Below are positions 1-8,846 of a stretch of 39,465 nt of DNA, in pieces. Under the pieces are notes generated by a model, which was given only the letters and a program-made list of their open reading frames with translations, made no database searches and had not been told where the DNA came from. Position 1 is the stretch's first letter, and every line of letters begins with the position of its first letter. This stretch comes from a virus: IMG/VR virus record IMGVR_UViG_3300010388_000098, positions 1-39,465 of that record; one strand, given 5' to 3'. The position numbers and the translations under genes were made by a program.

Positions 1-55
1 AAGATACCTACAATGATTGCAATGATCTGTCCGGTTTCGTTCATGCGCCACCTTC
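1..55. repeat. Terminal direct repeat, copy 1 (identical to 39411..39465); closure overlap of a circular or permuted genome
   Basis: Bases 1-55 (aagatacctacaatgattgcaatgatctgtccggtttcgttcatgcgccaccttc) recur exactly as the last 55 bases. The repeat spans a coupled stop/start gene junction, so it is unlikely to be a physical end. Confidence 0.9.
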
Positions 56-1261
56 TAACGCGATGATTCGGCGATTCTGATCTTGGATCAATGCCAAGAG
101 CGCCGGGATAATGTATTGCGAGTTCCAAGTCTCGACTACGCCATCTTCAAAATCTACCGCCGTTGGATAGATCGCTGCAACCTCTTCGGCAATAAATCCG
201 GGTAGAAATTCATCGTATCGATCATCAGTTGAAGGCAAGTAATCCGCCTTATATTTGAAGGCTCTGATTGGTAAGTTTAATAAAGCGGCAGGATCAAGGC
301 TTGGCACATTAGCAATATCGGTGATGTTGTCTTTGTAGCGCTGAGATGAAGTGTTTGAAGTTCTTGTAAATGTTCCGCCGGTTGTGATGTAGCAGTTTGT
401 TGCAGCCGAGGTTGTTACCGTTGCCGCAGATGTTGAAGTGACTGTGGTGCCTGCGGAGAGAGCGGCGCTTGCGCTAATTGTCGTGCCGCCAATAGTTCCA
501 GCGTTGTTAATATTATTTGTACCCATAGACAAAGCGCCGCCACCGGTCGAGATAACAATTCCAGCCTGCGCGGTGATTGCTCCCGCTGCGGTGAGTGCAT
601 TGACTGCCATGCTTCCAGTATTGCTACCCCAACGATATCCTGAGGATCCATCGCCTGTTGAAAGATAATTGGTTCCGATATTGAAACCACCAATTGCTCC
701 AGATGCCGCGGTAATAGATCCAGCAAAAGATCCAGAGTATGCGGTGATATTTCCTGTGATGACTGCCTGCGTTGCGGTCAATTTTCCAGTCGAGTCAATG
801 ATTGCGTTTCCGTTAATATTGAGGTCGCCACCATAGATTGAACTGTTAGTAAAGATTGCGCCTTGAGTGCTGAACGCGCCATTCGATGAATTCAAAGTAA
901 ATGTCGGATTGTTGCTTGCATTGTAACCAACTATGCCGAGCGAATTCATGACCACGCGAGCGCCCGAAGATGCTGAGGATCCTGAGTAAACTGTTATGCC
1001 GTTGCTATTGATCCCAGTCAATTGATTGCTTGCGTTGGTAATTGTGTTTGCGTCTTTGATCAATGCTTGCGAAGCGGTGTTGTATGACTGAGTTGCTTGC
1101 GCCAATGCTTGCGATGCCTCATTTAAGGCTTGCAATGCATTGTTCTCCGCAATGACGGCGGTATACATCGCTTGATTCGGACCGGTTTCAAGTTTGGCAA
1201 GGCGATCATTGATCACATTGAAGATGTCTTGAAAGTTAGGAGGCAAGTTTACAAATGCCAT
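41..1261 (-). CDS. Tail fibre with C-terminal intramolecular-chaperone (peptidase S74-like) domain
   Basis: 406 aa. N-terminal coiled coil (ALQALNEASQALAQATQSY) and a G/S/T/A/N-rich beta-repeat body. The C-terminal SSQRYKDNITDI...IPALLALIQDQNRRIIALE resembles the autoproteolytic chaperone domain of phage fibres. It is the last tail gene, and its TGA stop overlaps the next ATG across the junction. Confidence 0.8.
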   Translation of the reverse strand: MAFVNLPPNFQDIFNVINDRLAKLETGPNQAMYTAVIAENNALQALNEASQALAQATQSYNTASQALIKDANTITNASNQLTGINSNGITVYSGSSASSGARVVMNSLGIVGYNASNNPTFTLNSSNGAFSTQGAIFTNSSIYGGDLNINGNAIIDSTGKLTATQAVITGNITAYSGSFAGSITAASGAIGGFNIGTNYLSTGDGSSGYRWGSNTGSMAVNALTAAGAITAQAGIVISTGGGALSMGTNNINNAGTIGGTTISASAALSAGTTVTSTSAATVTTSAATNCYITTGGTFTRTSNTSSQRYKDNITDIANVPSLDPAALLNLPIRAFKYKADYLPSTDDRYDEFLPGFIAEEVAAIYPTAVDFEDGVVETWNSQYIIPALLALIQDQNRRIIALEGGA

Positions 1262-2625
1262 TAAGAAACCTCACCAGCGCCCAGTAGTTTATTCAAGGTC
1301 AATGTTACTCGAGAAGGACCATTCTCTCCCGGAGAGACACTTATTCCAACAATACGAAGGATCTCGCCATTGAGGCCGCTGAAAAAGTAGTCATCTTTAA
1401 CATCAAGCCTGATCTGATCGCCAATGTTGTAGGTTGTATAAACCGGGTCAATATAAGTTGGGATCACAATTTCAATAGTTGCTGGAGGCTGAGAGGTTGC
1501 TTCTAATTGCCCAAGGGTTAGATCTTTCAGCAATTGGAGTTCGCCGATATCTGTAAAGTTTACTGTGTCCTCGAGCAAAGGCCACAGGCTTTTAGCCTGC
1601 CCGCCTGAGGTATAAGTTCCGGTGGCGATCCCTGCAACAACGAACTGAGTGCTTGAAGCGGAAGTAACCTCATAAGTGCCGTTGTATTGGCTTGGGGTTA
1701 CTCCTGAGACAATAAGATCCTGCCCGGCCACGAATTTATTGGCTGAGGTAAATGTGATCGCGCTTCCAGATCCAGAGGCGTTCGTGATTGTGTAAGTTCC
1801 GATCTTGGAGGGATCCTTAGCGATAGCCACAACCTTTGTTGTATTGTCGCCATAACCTAGGCCGTAGAGTTGATTGGCCGCCCCTGATGCATCCTCTGGA
1901 TATTTGTAGTCCACAAGGTTGCCCGGAAAAGAAAAGACGGTGGCGTATGGATCTGTGGCGCTATAAATTGTGCCAAGAGGGTAGCCAATATGGAGGAAAT
2001 TTTTCAAATCATTTCCGACTACCATTGGCGAGATCTTAAAGTCAAAGTAATTCGCGGCAAGATCTTTTACCGCTTGGTAAACAGATTTGAGTTCAAAGCC
2101 TTCGTATTTCTTTTTAGTTCGGAAAGCGGTCGAATCAACAAAGACAGTTGTATCTAATCCGGTCAATCCATGGTTCAATCCTTCGGCGTATTGCATCAAT
2201 TGTTGTGCAATGTAAGACGGATCAAAGCCATCTGGATCCGATGGATTGTAGGAGTAATCTTCGGTGGTGCTGATCCTGCGGCGATTGTAAAGGCTCATCA
2301 TTTCTTGTGCTGAGATGCTCAATGTCTGAGAAGCGCCATCGTACTCTCGAGCCCAGATCACTCCAGACCAAACCGGGACGCTGCCGTTTGAAACTGGGTC
2401 ATTGTATAAAACCCAGAGGATAGTCTTGCCCGGGATTGTTCCTTCATAGGCGTTGTAATTGTCGCCATTGGCTCCAGACAAAAGGAGATGTCCTTGGAAT
2501 GTTCCCACAGAATTTAATTGTTGAGTGTAATTCACACCAGTAAAAGGCAATTCAGCAATGATTGGATTGGCGCTGGATCCACTTTGATAAAGGTTTGTGG
2601 TTACATAACGGAATTCCTCGCCCAT
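1261..2625 (-). CDS. Tal-like minor tail / baseplate hub protein (called from position)
   Basis: 454 aa. The ATG overlaps the Dit stop. The Dit -> this gene -> fibre order and the size fit the siphovirus Tal slot. No enzymatic motif recognised. Confidence 0.5.
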   Translation of the reverse strand: MGEEFRYVTTNLYQSGSSANPIIAELPFTGVNYTQQLNSVGTFQGHLLLSGANGDNYNAYEGTIPGKTILWVLYNDPVSNGSVPVWSGVIWAREYDGASQTLSISAQEMMSLYNRRRISTTEDYSYNPSDPDGFDPSYIAQQLMQYAEGLNHGLTGLDTTVFVDSTAFRTKKKYEGFELKSVYQAVKDLAANYFDFKISPMVVGNDLKNFLHIGYPLGTIYSATDPYATVFSFPGNLVDYKYPEDASGAANQLYGLGYGDNTTKVVAIAKDPSKIGTYTITNASGSGSAITFTSANKFVAGQDLIVSGVTPSQYNGTYEVTSASSTQFVVAGIATGTYTSGGQAKSLWPLLEDTVNFTDIGELQLLKDLTLGQLEATSQPPATIEIVIPTYIDPVYTTYNIGDQIRLDVKDDYFFSGLNGEILRIVGISVSPGENGPSRVTLTLNKLLGAGEVS

Positions 2626-3449
2626 TATACAAACGCACTTCTGGTCACGCTGACCATAGTTCCGAGATTAGTCTTCCAAGAGGCCGTACTATTCGGCTCC
2701 ATTTGAAGCCATCCAGTCGATGCCGCCGTCAAGATGTTTCGGCTTGGGGTGTAATTGAGGTAGATGATTCTTGAGAGAAGATCAACATCGAGCGAATCGC
2801 CCACCGTCATATTGGCGAAATACATATGTGTAAAACCATCGTTTGGAGATCCAATTGTTCCGTCTGTGATCTCTCCGCTTGTTGCGCTGACGCTTGAAAT
2901 AAAGATTGTAGGGCAACTGATCGCCCATCCTGCGTTCACAACAGAGATAGTGCTTCCCGAAAGCGAGGTGCCTGCATCGGTATAGTAGCGAGGATCAGGG
3001 AACGACATCATGATCCTCGTCTTGATAAATCCGTAAGTAAAGTCCGCATCGATCGGAGTCTGCAATCCTCGGCTGCGCCCATACATTCGCATATCTCCGG
3101 TGTTGCCATTGAGGCGATATTGAAAGAGTTTCAATTGATTCGCGGTGTTAGATAGGCCAGTCGGATCCTCGTAATAGCCTAAGGCCTGCGGAGCGAACGC
3201 GTTTTGCAAAGATTTGTAGTTTGCTTGAGCGGTTGTTGAACTTCCGCCAAGGACAGTCACATCAATATAGACTGTGCGCTCATCATAGAAATCTCGCCCG
3301 GTGTAAGATCCATCCAAGTATCCGCGGTTATCGTCTTGAATGCGCAGAGGCGAAGTGCCGCCCAATCCTTCAACATTGGTGACTGCATAAGATGTGCCGT
3401 TGCCGATCACAAAGCCATTGAACGAGAAAGAATAATCTGCGAGCGTCAT
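2625..3449 (-). CDS. Distal tail protein (Dit-like)
   Basis: 274 aa, directly after the tape measure with a 4-nt overlap. The N-terminus FSFNGFVIGNGTSYAVTNVEGLGG resembles Sipho_tail/Dit family proteins. Confidence 0.6.
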   Translation of the reverse strand: MTLADYSFSFNGFVIGNGTSYAVTNVEGLGGTSPLRIQDDNRGYLDGSYTGRDFYDERTVYIDVTVLGGSSTTAQANYKSLQNAFAPQALGYYEDPTGLSNTANQLKLFQYRLNGNTGDMRMYGRSRGLQTPIDADFTYGFIKTRIMMSFPDPRYYTDAGTSLSGSTISVVNAGWAISCPTIFISSVSATSGEITDGTIGSPNDGFTHMYFANMTVGDSLDVDLLSRIIYLNYTPSRNILTAASTGWLQMEPNSTASWKTNLGTMVSVTRSAFV

Positions 3450-4870
3450 CGTCCGCCTCCAATTGGTTGTCCATGCTTGGCCGCCTTGGATAATTTCTTG
3501 GCAATGTCGTTTGTGTTAGATGCATATACAGTCACATATTGAACTGTCTGGCCGGTGCCTTTGCCATCTTTGCCCGCAGCATCGCCGCCTTCGAGGTTGC
3601 CCTGAATATTGCTTACATCCGGCGTGATAAAACCGGGCGCTTGATTGCCTCCGATTTTTTTCTTTGCTAAAGAATCCAGCGAATCCGAATAGTTTCGGAC
3701 TTTATTGGCTACCTTATCTAAGGCCTCGCCGGCAGATTTTGCCCATCCCATGCCGGGGATCTTTCCGAGCGCGTTCAAAAGCGTTGCGTAATAGCCGATC
3801 AAATAACCAACGGCGTTGATAATAATTTGAAGCCCCTTCACCACGCCTTTGCGGAATCCTTCAAATTTGTTCCACGCCCATATAAAAGCCGTTCCCAAAA
3901 CAATGATCGCCGTAATTACTGCGCCGATCGGATTGGCTCGCATGGTGGCATTGAGTTGCGCCATTGCAAACCTGAAAACACTTGTGGATGCGGCTTGTGC
4001 ATAAGTCCAGAATGCGTAGGCCTGTTGAATTGTTTTCATCGCCGCAGTTGTTGCAGCGTAGGTTTTCATAACAATAACGGCGACAGTAATAACACCTGCA
4101 AGATAAAGGATCGCGGTTCCATTTTGCAATACAAATGTAAGGAATTTATTCAAGATCGGCAAGATTTTGGTCGCTATTATCTGTAAAAAGTTATCAAACT
4201 TTTCTTTAAGGATCTCCATTTGACCCGCAAAAGTTTTAGTGTATGCAACGGCTTGCCCGCCTATTTTGTCGTTTAATTCAGCGAAGGCTTTTGTGATCGC
4301 TTGATTCTTAGGCAGCGTCGCGTCAAGGGTGATTCCTAGATCCTTGAGGGCTTTGGCATTGCCCATTGTAGCCTTGGCTAATATCTGCGCAGCCTGAGTT
4401 TGGCTTATATCTTTATACCGAGCAAAGTCGGCAGACATGGCCATCAATTTAGTCGCTTGCTCAACATCTCCGGTCGCAGCCACCAAGGATCCCATGGCGG
4501 TAATCGAATCATCGCCGGCAAAGCCTAGTTTGTAATACGAATCCGCGGTGGCCAGAACAGAGGCTTTTGTTTTCTCGGAGGTGACTCCAATATTTTCCAG
4601 CACTTGATCGAGCCGAGACATTGCTACTTGATCAGCAATCACTCCATCCTTGGCTTCGCGGAATGCGTTGGTCAGAGCCATCATTCCCTGCGTCATAATA
4701 TTGCCCGCAAACATACCGAGCGCCATAGTTTTGAAACCGCCGAATGCGCTGGTCGTGGATTTAGCCTTGGCAGACAAAGCGTTGAGGTTTTGCTCTACAA
4801 CTGAAACGCCAGTTGCAACGCCAGTAGCATCAACATTTACCTTTATATTTACTGGAGGTACTTGCGTCAT
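3446..4870 (-). CDS. Tail tape measure protein
   Basis: 474 aa and helical. TP901-type core (ATGDVEQATKLMAMSADFARYKDIS) with a long central hydrophobic segment. Located after the G/G-T chaperone pair. Confidence 0.85.
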   Translation of the reverse strand: MTQVPPVNIKVNVDATGVATGVSVVEQNLNALSAKAKSTTSAFGGFKTMALGMFAGNIMTQGMMALTNAFREAKDGVIADQVAMSRLDQVLENIGVTSEKTKASVLATADSYYKLGFAGDDSITAMGSLVAATGDVEQATKLMAMSADFARYKDISQTQAAQILAKATMGNAKALKDLGITLDATLPKNQAITKAFAELNDKIGGQAVAYTKTFAGQMEILKEKFDNFLQIIATKILPILNKFLTFVLQNGTAILYLAGVITVAVIVMKTYAATTAAMKTIQQAYAFWTYAQAASTSVFRFAMAQLNATMRANPIGAVITAIIVLGTAFIWAWNKFEGFRKGVVKGLQIIINAVGYLIGYYATLLNALGKIPGMGWAKSAGEALDKVANKVRNYSDSLDSLAKKKIGGNQAPGFITPDVSNIQGNLEGGDAAGKDGKGTGQTVQYVTVYASNTNDIAKKLSKAAKHGQPIGGGR

Positions 4871-5296
4871 TTATATACTCCTCAAATGCTTTTGTAAGAC
4901 TTTTCCAACCACGCCTTGCTGCAAGATCGAATCAACCGCAGGCCGAAGGAATGGAAAGTTCTCTCCGTTCCTCCATGTCGGCGGGTTATATGGATCGCCC
5001 ATTTCAACCGCTCGAGCATATTCAGCATACGCGCCAACCACCGCTTGATAGTGACCAAACCCTACGCGCATCATAGTGCCAGCGATTGATCTTCTCAGGT
5101 TGCCTGTCCGGTTCATTGGAGGGAATCCTGAGACGGCTTTCTCGCCTTTCGGGCGCTCGCCTTTGATCATTCGCTTGGCTGCGCCTTCGAGCCTCATCGA
5201 GATCTCGGTGGTGGCAGAGGCGACTTTGAGATCAATCCGCTTCTCCATGCCTTTGATCGCTGCAAGCACCTCAGGGATGTTGTCGCTCTCGCTCAT
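4871..5296 (-). CDS. HK97 gp10-like tail-completion / head-tail joining protein
   Basis: 141 aa. The GNLRRSI...YAEYARAVEMG pattern is typical of the HK97 gp10 family. Its slot between the chaperones and the tape measure is unusual. Confidence 0.5.
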   Translation of the reverse strand: MSESDNIPEVLAAIKGMEKRIDLKVASATTEISMRLEGAAKRMIKGERPKGEKAVSGFPPMNRTGNLRRSIAGTMMRVGFGHYQAVVGAYAEYARAVEMGDPYNPPTWRNGENFPFLRPAVDSILQQGVVGKVLQKHLRSI

Positions 5297-5824
5297 TCTC
5301 CACCTCGATTGTTACGCTATGAATCGCCAAAAGCCAGTCCAGAGTTCTTACCGGAGTTTGATCTACCTGATCAGGCGTCCAACCAAACTCTTTTGCACAC
5401 AAATAATATTCCCACCATTTGTCGGGGTATTCAAAATCCTTGTGCCGGCTTACTCCTTTGAGTAGATCTTTTAGTCGCTGGAGTTGGCGGTAATTACTTT
5501 TGGGTCTTTTTCGGTTTCCACATTCTGATCGAATTGAGGGAAAAGATGTTCTCCGGCTTCGGCGCATTCTGCAAGCAAGGCATCGTAATCTTTTGGAGTC
5601 AATTCGCCTAGCGAAGCAATCCGAACTGACGGAGGAATGAGATCGAACGACCATTCCAGAACAGAGATCACAATCAATCCGTCCTGCACTAGAGAGGCGC
5701 GCATAACATCATTGTCTGAATTTGATGCGATCTCCATCACTTTGTCGCGATCCTTTTTCAGCAAAGCGGAGAAATCTTTCAACTTTACTGTGTTGCCGCT
5801 TGGGAGTGTTATTTCTTTAGACAT
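5271..5824 (-). CDS. Tail assembly chaperone, -1 frameshift fusion (G-T-like, about 184 aa)
   Basis: The -1 frame ORF (5271..5654) is open across CCCAAAA (5498..5504). Reading CCC AAA AGT AAT... reproduces the ORF-track peptide PKSNYRQLQRLKDLLKG. Confidence 0.7.
5471..5824 (-). CDS. Tail assembly chaperone (G-like, zero-frame product)
   Basis: 117-aa acidic ORF between the major tail gene and the tape measure gene. A slippery heptamer lies 27 nt before its stop. Confidence 0.7.
   Translation of the reverse strand: MSKEITLPSGNTVKLKDFSALLKKDRDKVMEIASNSDNDVMRASLVQDGLIVISVLEWSFDLIPPSVRIASLGELTPKDYDALLAECAEAGEHLFPQFDQNVETEKDPKVITANSSD
5498..5504 (-). promoter_or_regulatory. -1 programmed ribosomal frameshift slippery heptamer C CCA AAA
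   Basis: Minus-strand CCCAAAA in X XXY YYZ phase relative to the G frame (GAC CCA AAA GTA). The downstream ORF is in exactly the -1 frame. Confidence 0.7.
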
Positions 5825-5863
5825 GGGTTACCTTCCACTTGCCTTCGCTAGATTGAGGTTGAA

Positions 5864-5893
5864 CCGGTGGGAGGGAAGGCATTCTCCCACCGG
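5864..5893 (-). terminator. Stem-loop after the major tail gene (possible partial terminator or attenuator)
   Basis: Perfect 10-bp stem ccggtgggag / ctcccaccgg with a 10-nt loop, 10 nt after the major tail stop. The downstream U tract is weak (TTCAACC). Confidence 0.45.
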
Positions 5894-5902
5894 CCAACTT
5901 TA

Positions 5903-6889
5903 TTACGCGTATGTGCCGGAAGGCTTCGCGTTCTGCAACACCCACTTGATGTTTGAGTATCCCGCTGAGGATCCAGCATCGGTGGTATTGCCCATTGCAT
6001 TAAGATCTACATCGATCTCGACAAAATCCTTGTCGCGGACAATCACGGCAGCGGTGTAAGCGCCCTTGGTGAGAGTCGCTTGGATCTGAGTCGCGGTTGA
6101 TCCTGATCCTTGAGCCCAATTGATCACGATCGCGGGCTGAACATTTGTAAGGAAATTTGTAAGTTGATCATTGTTTTCCATGACGAACTTGATCTTGCCC
6201 TTGGTTTCCAAGGCTCCAAGGAATACCTGATACGGATTCCGAGTATTGGCCAAGCCCCAGATCGGAGTGACTGAGCGCATCATGTCGATGTTTCCATCCA
6301 CGGCGTTTGCAACTGTTGCTCCGCCAATCGATACAGTCGCCTGCCAAACTGGAGTTGGAAGAACTGTCGAGAATGAAGGCGTTGGAGTCGATGCCGATGA
6401 TGAAAGGAAACCGGTTCCCTTTGCGTCATATTCGAGCAATCCGTCCGCGGTGAACTTGAGGCTGCAAGACTGGAATTGAATTCCCGGATACGCACGCACA
6501 TTGGCTGCGTAGAAATCAGTCAGCGTGTAAGCAATTGGCTGAGCATCTGCTCCGGTGGCCGTTGCATTCTTGAGGCTGATTGTGTGAGTATATGGAGCCG
6601 AAGAACCAGTCGTTGCGACATCGCCGAGTACGCCCGCGAGAACATACCCGAAGGTATCCGCAAAGACTGATCCTCCGAAATCGTAGGTTGAATTGCTGCG
6701 TCCTTGAATATACGCGTAATCTTTGACGAGAGATCCACGAAGGCCTTCATCATAGAGTTCGCCAATTAGATCGGCAGGCTTCAACTTGTTGGCCATGACC
6801 GGAATGAAATCGGTAGGCGCTACTGGTGTGCCTTTTGTTACTTCTTTGGCAATGCCGAGGTAACTCCGGGCGGTATTTTGTACGGTCAT
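5903..6889 (-). CDS. Major tail (tube) protein
   Basis: 328 aa and beta-rich. It sits immediately upstream of the hairpin and the G/G-T chaperones, which is the canonical major-tail slot. Confidence 0.6.
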   Translation of the reverse strand: MTVQNTARSYLGIAKEVTKGTPVAPTDFIPVMANKLKPADLIGELYDEGLRGSLVKDYAYIQGRSNSTYDFGGSVFADTFGYVLAGVLGDVATTGSSAPYTHTISLKNATATGADAQPIAYTLTDFYAANVRAYPGIQFQSCSLKFTADGLLEYDAKGTGFLSSSASTPTPSFSTVLPTPVWQATVSIGGATVANAVDGNIDMMRSVTPIWGLANTRNPYQVFLGALETKGKIKFVMENNDQLTNFLTNVQPAIVINWAQGSGSTATQIQATLTKGAYTAAVIVRDKDFVEIDVDLNAMGNTTDAGSSAGYSNIKWVLQNAKPSGTYA

Positions 6890-7053
6890 TCTGTTGTCTC
6901 CTTAGTTACGGCGGTTGCCTTTACTGTCTTTACTAGAATTACATCGTGCGATTCAAAATCTGTTGGAGCATCGAAATCCTCGCCCGGTTGGACTGTGATT
7001 CCTAGCGCCGGGAAAGTGCGCTCTGCCTCGCCTGTATATTTGAAGGTAGCCAT
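6886..7053 (-). CDS. Small hypothetical structural-module protein (55 aa)
   Basis: The internal ATG at 7053 is preceded by TAAGGAGAACC and lies just after the upstream TAA (7062-7064). The longer track ORF (to 7107) would overlap the previous gene. Confidence 0.55.
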   Translation of the reverse strand: MATFKYTGEAERTFPALGITVQPGEDFDAPTDFESHDVILVKTVKATAVTKETTE

Positions 7054-7061
7054 GGTTCTCC

Positions 7062-7568
7062 TTACGCTTGGATCATTTGAGTTACTGTGAATCGAACGGT
7101 ACCCCAAGTTTCAGTTGAGGTTCCTTTCTGCGATAACGGCTCGCCATAAACGCAGTCGATATCGGGCTCCGCTCCCTGCCATACAAAGACGCCGGAAGGA
7201 TTGCCAAAATTGTGGTCGGATCGTAATTTCTCTTTGAGGTTATCAACAACAATGTCGAAGTTTGCCATGGCATCCTCTGAATTGCGCTCAAGGGAATGAT
7301 GGAAGAGTTGGATCGCAACGGTGTAATCGATGCGCTTCCAGCCATTGAAGGCTCCTCCTACGGCAATGCGTGACTCTGTTTCCGCCTCGATAAAGATCAC
7401 GGCAGCGCAGCGATTGGCCTCTCCAGCGAGCGCCATCTCGTTGAAATTGATGCGCTTGGGAAAAGATGTGAAGACTTGGTTGATCCCATTGATCGCAGGC
7501 GGCTCGATAAAGGTCGCCAAAGTAGAGCGCAGTTCTGTGCGGCCTACTTCGGGGCGATTGTTTGCCAT
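7062..7568 (-). CDS. Head-tail joining / tail terminator-like protein (called from position)
   Basis: 168-aa ORF between the adaptor-like gene and the major tail gene. Its start overlaps the upstream stop. Confidence 0.5.
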   Translation of the reverse strand: MANNRPEVGRTELRSTLATFIEPPAINGINQVFTSFPKRINFNEMALAGEANRCAAVIFIEAETESRIAVGGAFNGWKRIDYTVAIQLFHHSLERNSEDAMANFDIVVDNLKEKLRSDHNFGNPSGVFVWQGAEPDIDCVYGEPLSQKGTSTETWGTVRFTVTQMIQA

Positions 7569-8464
7569 CAGCGGATTCTCGCGTATGAATTGAGAAGAGT
7601 TCCAGCAAGGGAGAGTTCATTTCCGTATTGCTGATTGCCCGCCGTGTATGTGGTGTTTGCGCTCGTAGTGACGGCCATGGTCATACTTGAATCGCCTCGA
7701 ACCTTGAGGAACGCGGTGGTGATCAAGATGACGGCTTGCTTGATTGCTGGAGGCAGAGCGCTAACCGATACGCCCGGAAGATGATCAAAGACCATCGGAT
7801 AGACCAAAGGCACTTCGGCGGATCCGAATACATAAGAATCGGCCACGGTTACATTCTCGGTATTCATGCCGTCGTAGATCGACAAGATCTGACCGGCCAC
7901 GATGCCTGTTGGGTTCTTTACAAAGATAGTTGAGTCGCCAAGATCTGTCGCAAGATCAAGGATCGTATTGGTATAGCCGGCCACATAGGTATAGCGAAGG
8001 AACATCTGATTGCCCGGACCACCATTCCAAGATCCAAAGGAGAGAGGACCTTGAGATGTCCATGTTCCGAGGGTCAGGTTTGGGATGATGATCTGTTGAT
8101 CTTCGATCCATGCAACAGAGCAATCGCCAAGATCTGCCATGTTTGTAGGGTAGCCATACTGAAAGTTAGTCAGGGCAACGATTGGGCTGAATCGAGGGTG
8201 GAAGCGAATTGATCCATCTCCAGATACGCGTGATCTTTGCTGCTCTGTTTCTGTGGTCGCGCCTAAGACTTGGTTGCAATAGGTGTCCGCCCAAGAGGAG
8301 GCTCGAGCGATCGCATTGCGCAATTCAGCATCCTGCGCCTCTGGATCCTGAGAATCAAAGACAAGGTTGTCGAGATCGATCGCAGTCGGCGCATTCTTGT
8401 ATTCATCAAGAGTGAGGTATGGGATCGATAAAAGTTGCGTAGTATTTCCGTAGCCGTTAGCCAT
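7568..8464 (-). CDS. Head-tail adaptor/connector-like protein
   Basis: 298 aa. The N-terminal segment DAELRNAIARASSWADTYCNQ resembles gp6-like head-tail connector proteins. Located downstream of the capsid gene. Confidence 0.5.
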   Translation of the reverse strand: MANGYGNTTQLLSIPYLTLDEYKNAPTAIDLDNLVFDSQDPEAQDAELRNAIARASSWADTYCNQVLGATTETEQQRSRVSGDGSIRFHPRFSPIVALTNFQYGYPTNMADLGDCSVAWIEDQQIIIPNLTLGTWTSQGPLSFGSWNGGPGNQMFLRYTYVAGYTNTILDLATDLGDSTIFVKNPTGIVAGQILSIYDGMNTENVTVADSYVFGSAEVPLVYPMVFDHLPGVSVSALPPAIKQAVILITTAFLKVRGDSSMTMAVTTSANTTYTAGNQQYGNELSLAGTLLNSYARIR

Positions 8465-8711
8465 TTATCTCTCCACACTTTCCGCATTTCTTAAAGAGCG
8501 AACCGAATCCGCAAGCCTTGCAAGGATATCCAGAGGCAATTGTGACTCCGCCAAGGCTGGCAACGCCTAATCCCTCGGCCTTCAATTGCGCGGCAAGTTT
8601 AGGGTTATTCACTTCGAACATTCCGTCTTTTCCAGCCTTGAGGACTTTCTCTCCATGCTTGGTTTGCACAGAGAGTTCTCTCATGCCTTGTGGACCGACA
8701 AACTTTGCCAT
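8457..8711 (-). CDS. Small zinc-ribbon protein in the head module (84 aa)
   Basis: Start taken at ATG 8711 (MAKFVGPQG...) behind AAGGAAAGAAAGGGAAGCA. The upstream part of the track ORF would run into the tRNA. C-terminal CKACGFGSLFKKCGKCG. Confidence 0.6.
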   Translation of the reverse strand: MAKFVGPQGMRELSVQTKHGEKVLKAGKDGMFEVNNPKLAAQLKAEGLGVASLGGVTIASGYPCKACGFGSLFKKCGKCGEING

Positions 8712-8733
8712 TGCTTCCCTTTCTTTCCTTTTG

Positions 8734-8804
8734 CTTCCCCCCATGGATTCGAACCACGATAGCCACCTCCAAAGGGTGGCGTCCTGCCGTTAGACGAGAG
8801 GGAA
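8734..8804 (-). tRNA. tRNA-Gln (anticodon UUG)
   Basis: 71-nt cloverleaf. Acceptor TTCCCTC/GGGGGAA (7 bp, one G-U) and U8. D arm GTCT-AACGGCA-GGAC. Anticodon arm CCACC-CTTTGGA-GGTGG (U33, TTG, purine 37). 4-nt variable loop. T arm CGTGG-TTCGAAT-CCATG. U1-A72 and G73 as in bacterial tRNA-Gln. CCA is not encoded. Confidence 0.8.
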
Positions 8805-8846
8805 TTGAGTGAGCCTTTTACCGCCATGCTCAGGGCGTGTGACGGA

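Noticed and set aside
5505-5654. The 5' half of the 127-aa ORF 5271-5654 as an independent gene
   Set aside because: It lies wholly inside the G-like chaperone ORF. Only the part downstream of the slippery site is expected to be translated, as the frameshift extension.
7082-7620. Overlapping alternative-frame ORFs 7082-7345, 7288-7620 and 7330-7593(+) within the head-tail joining genes
   Set aside because: They are fully nested in better-supported ORFs that are translationally coupled to their neighbours, and they lack independent start signals.
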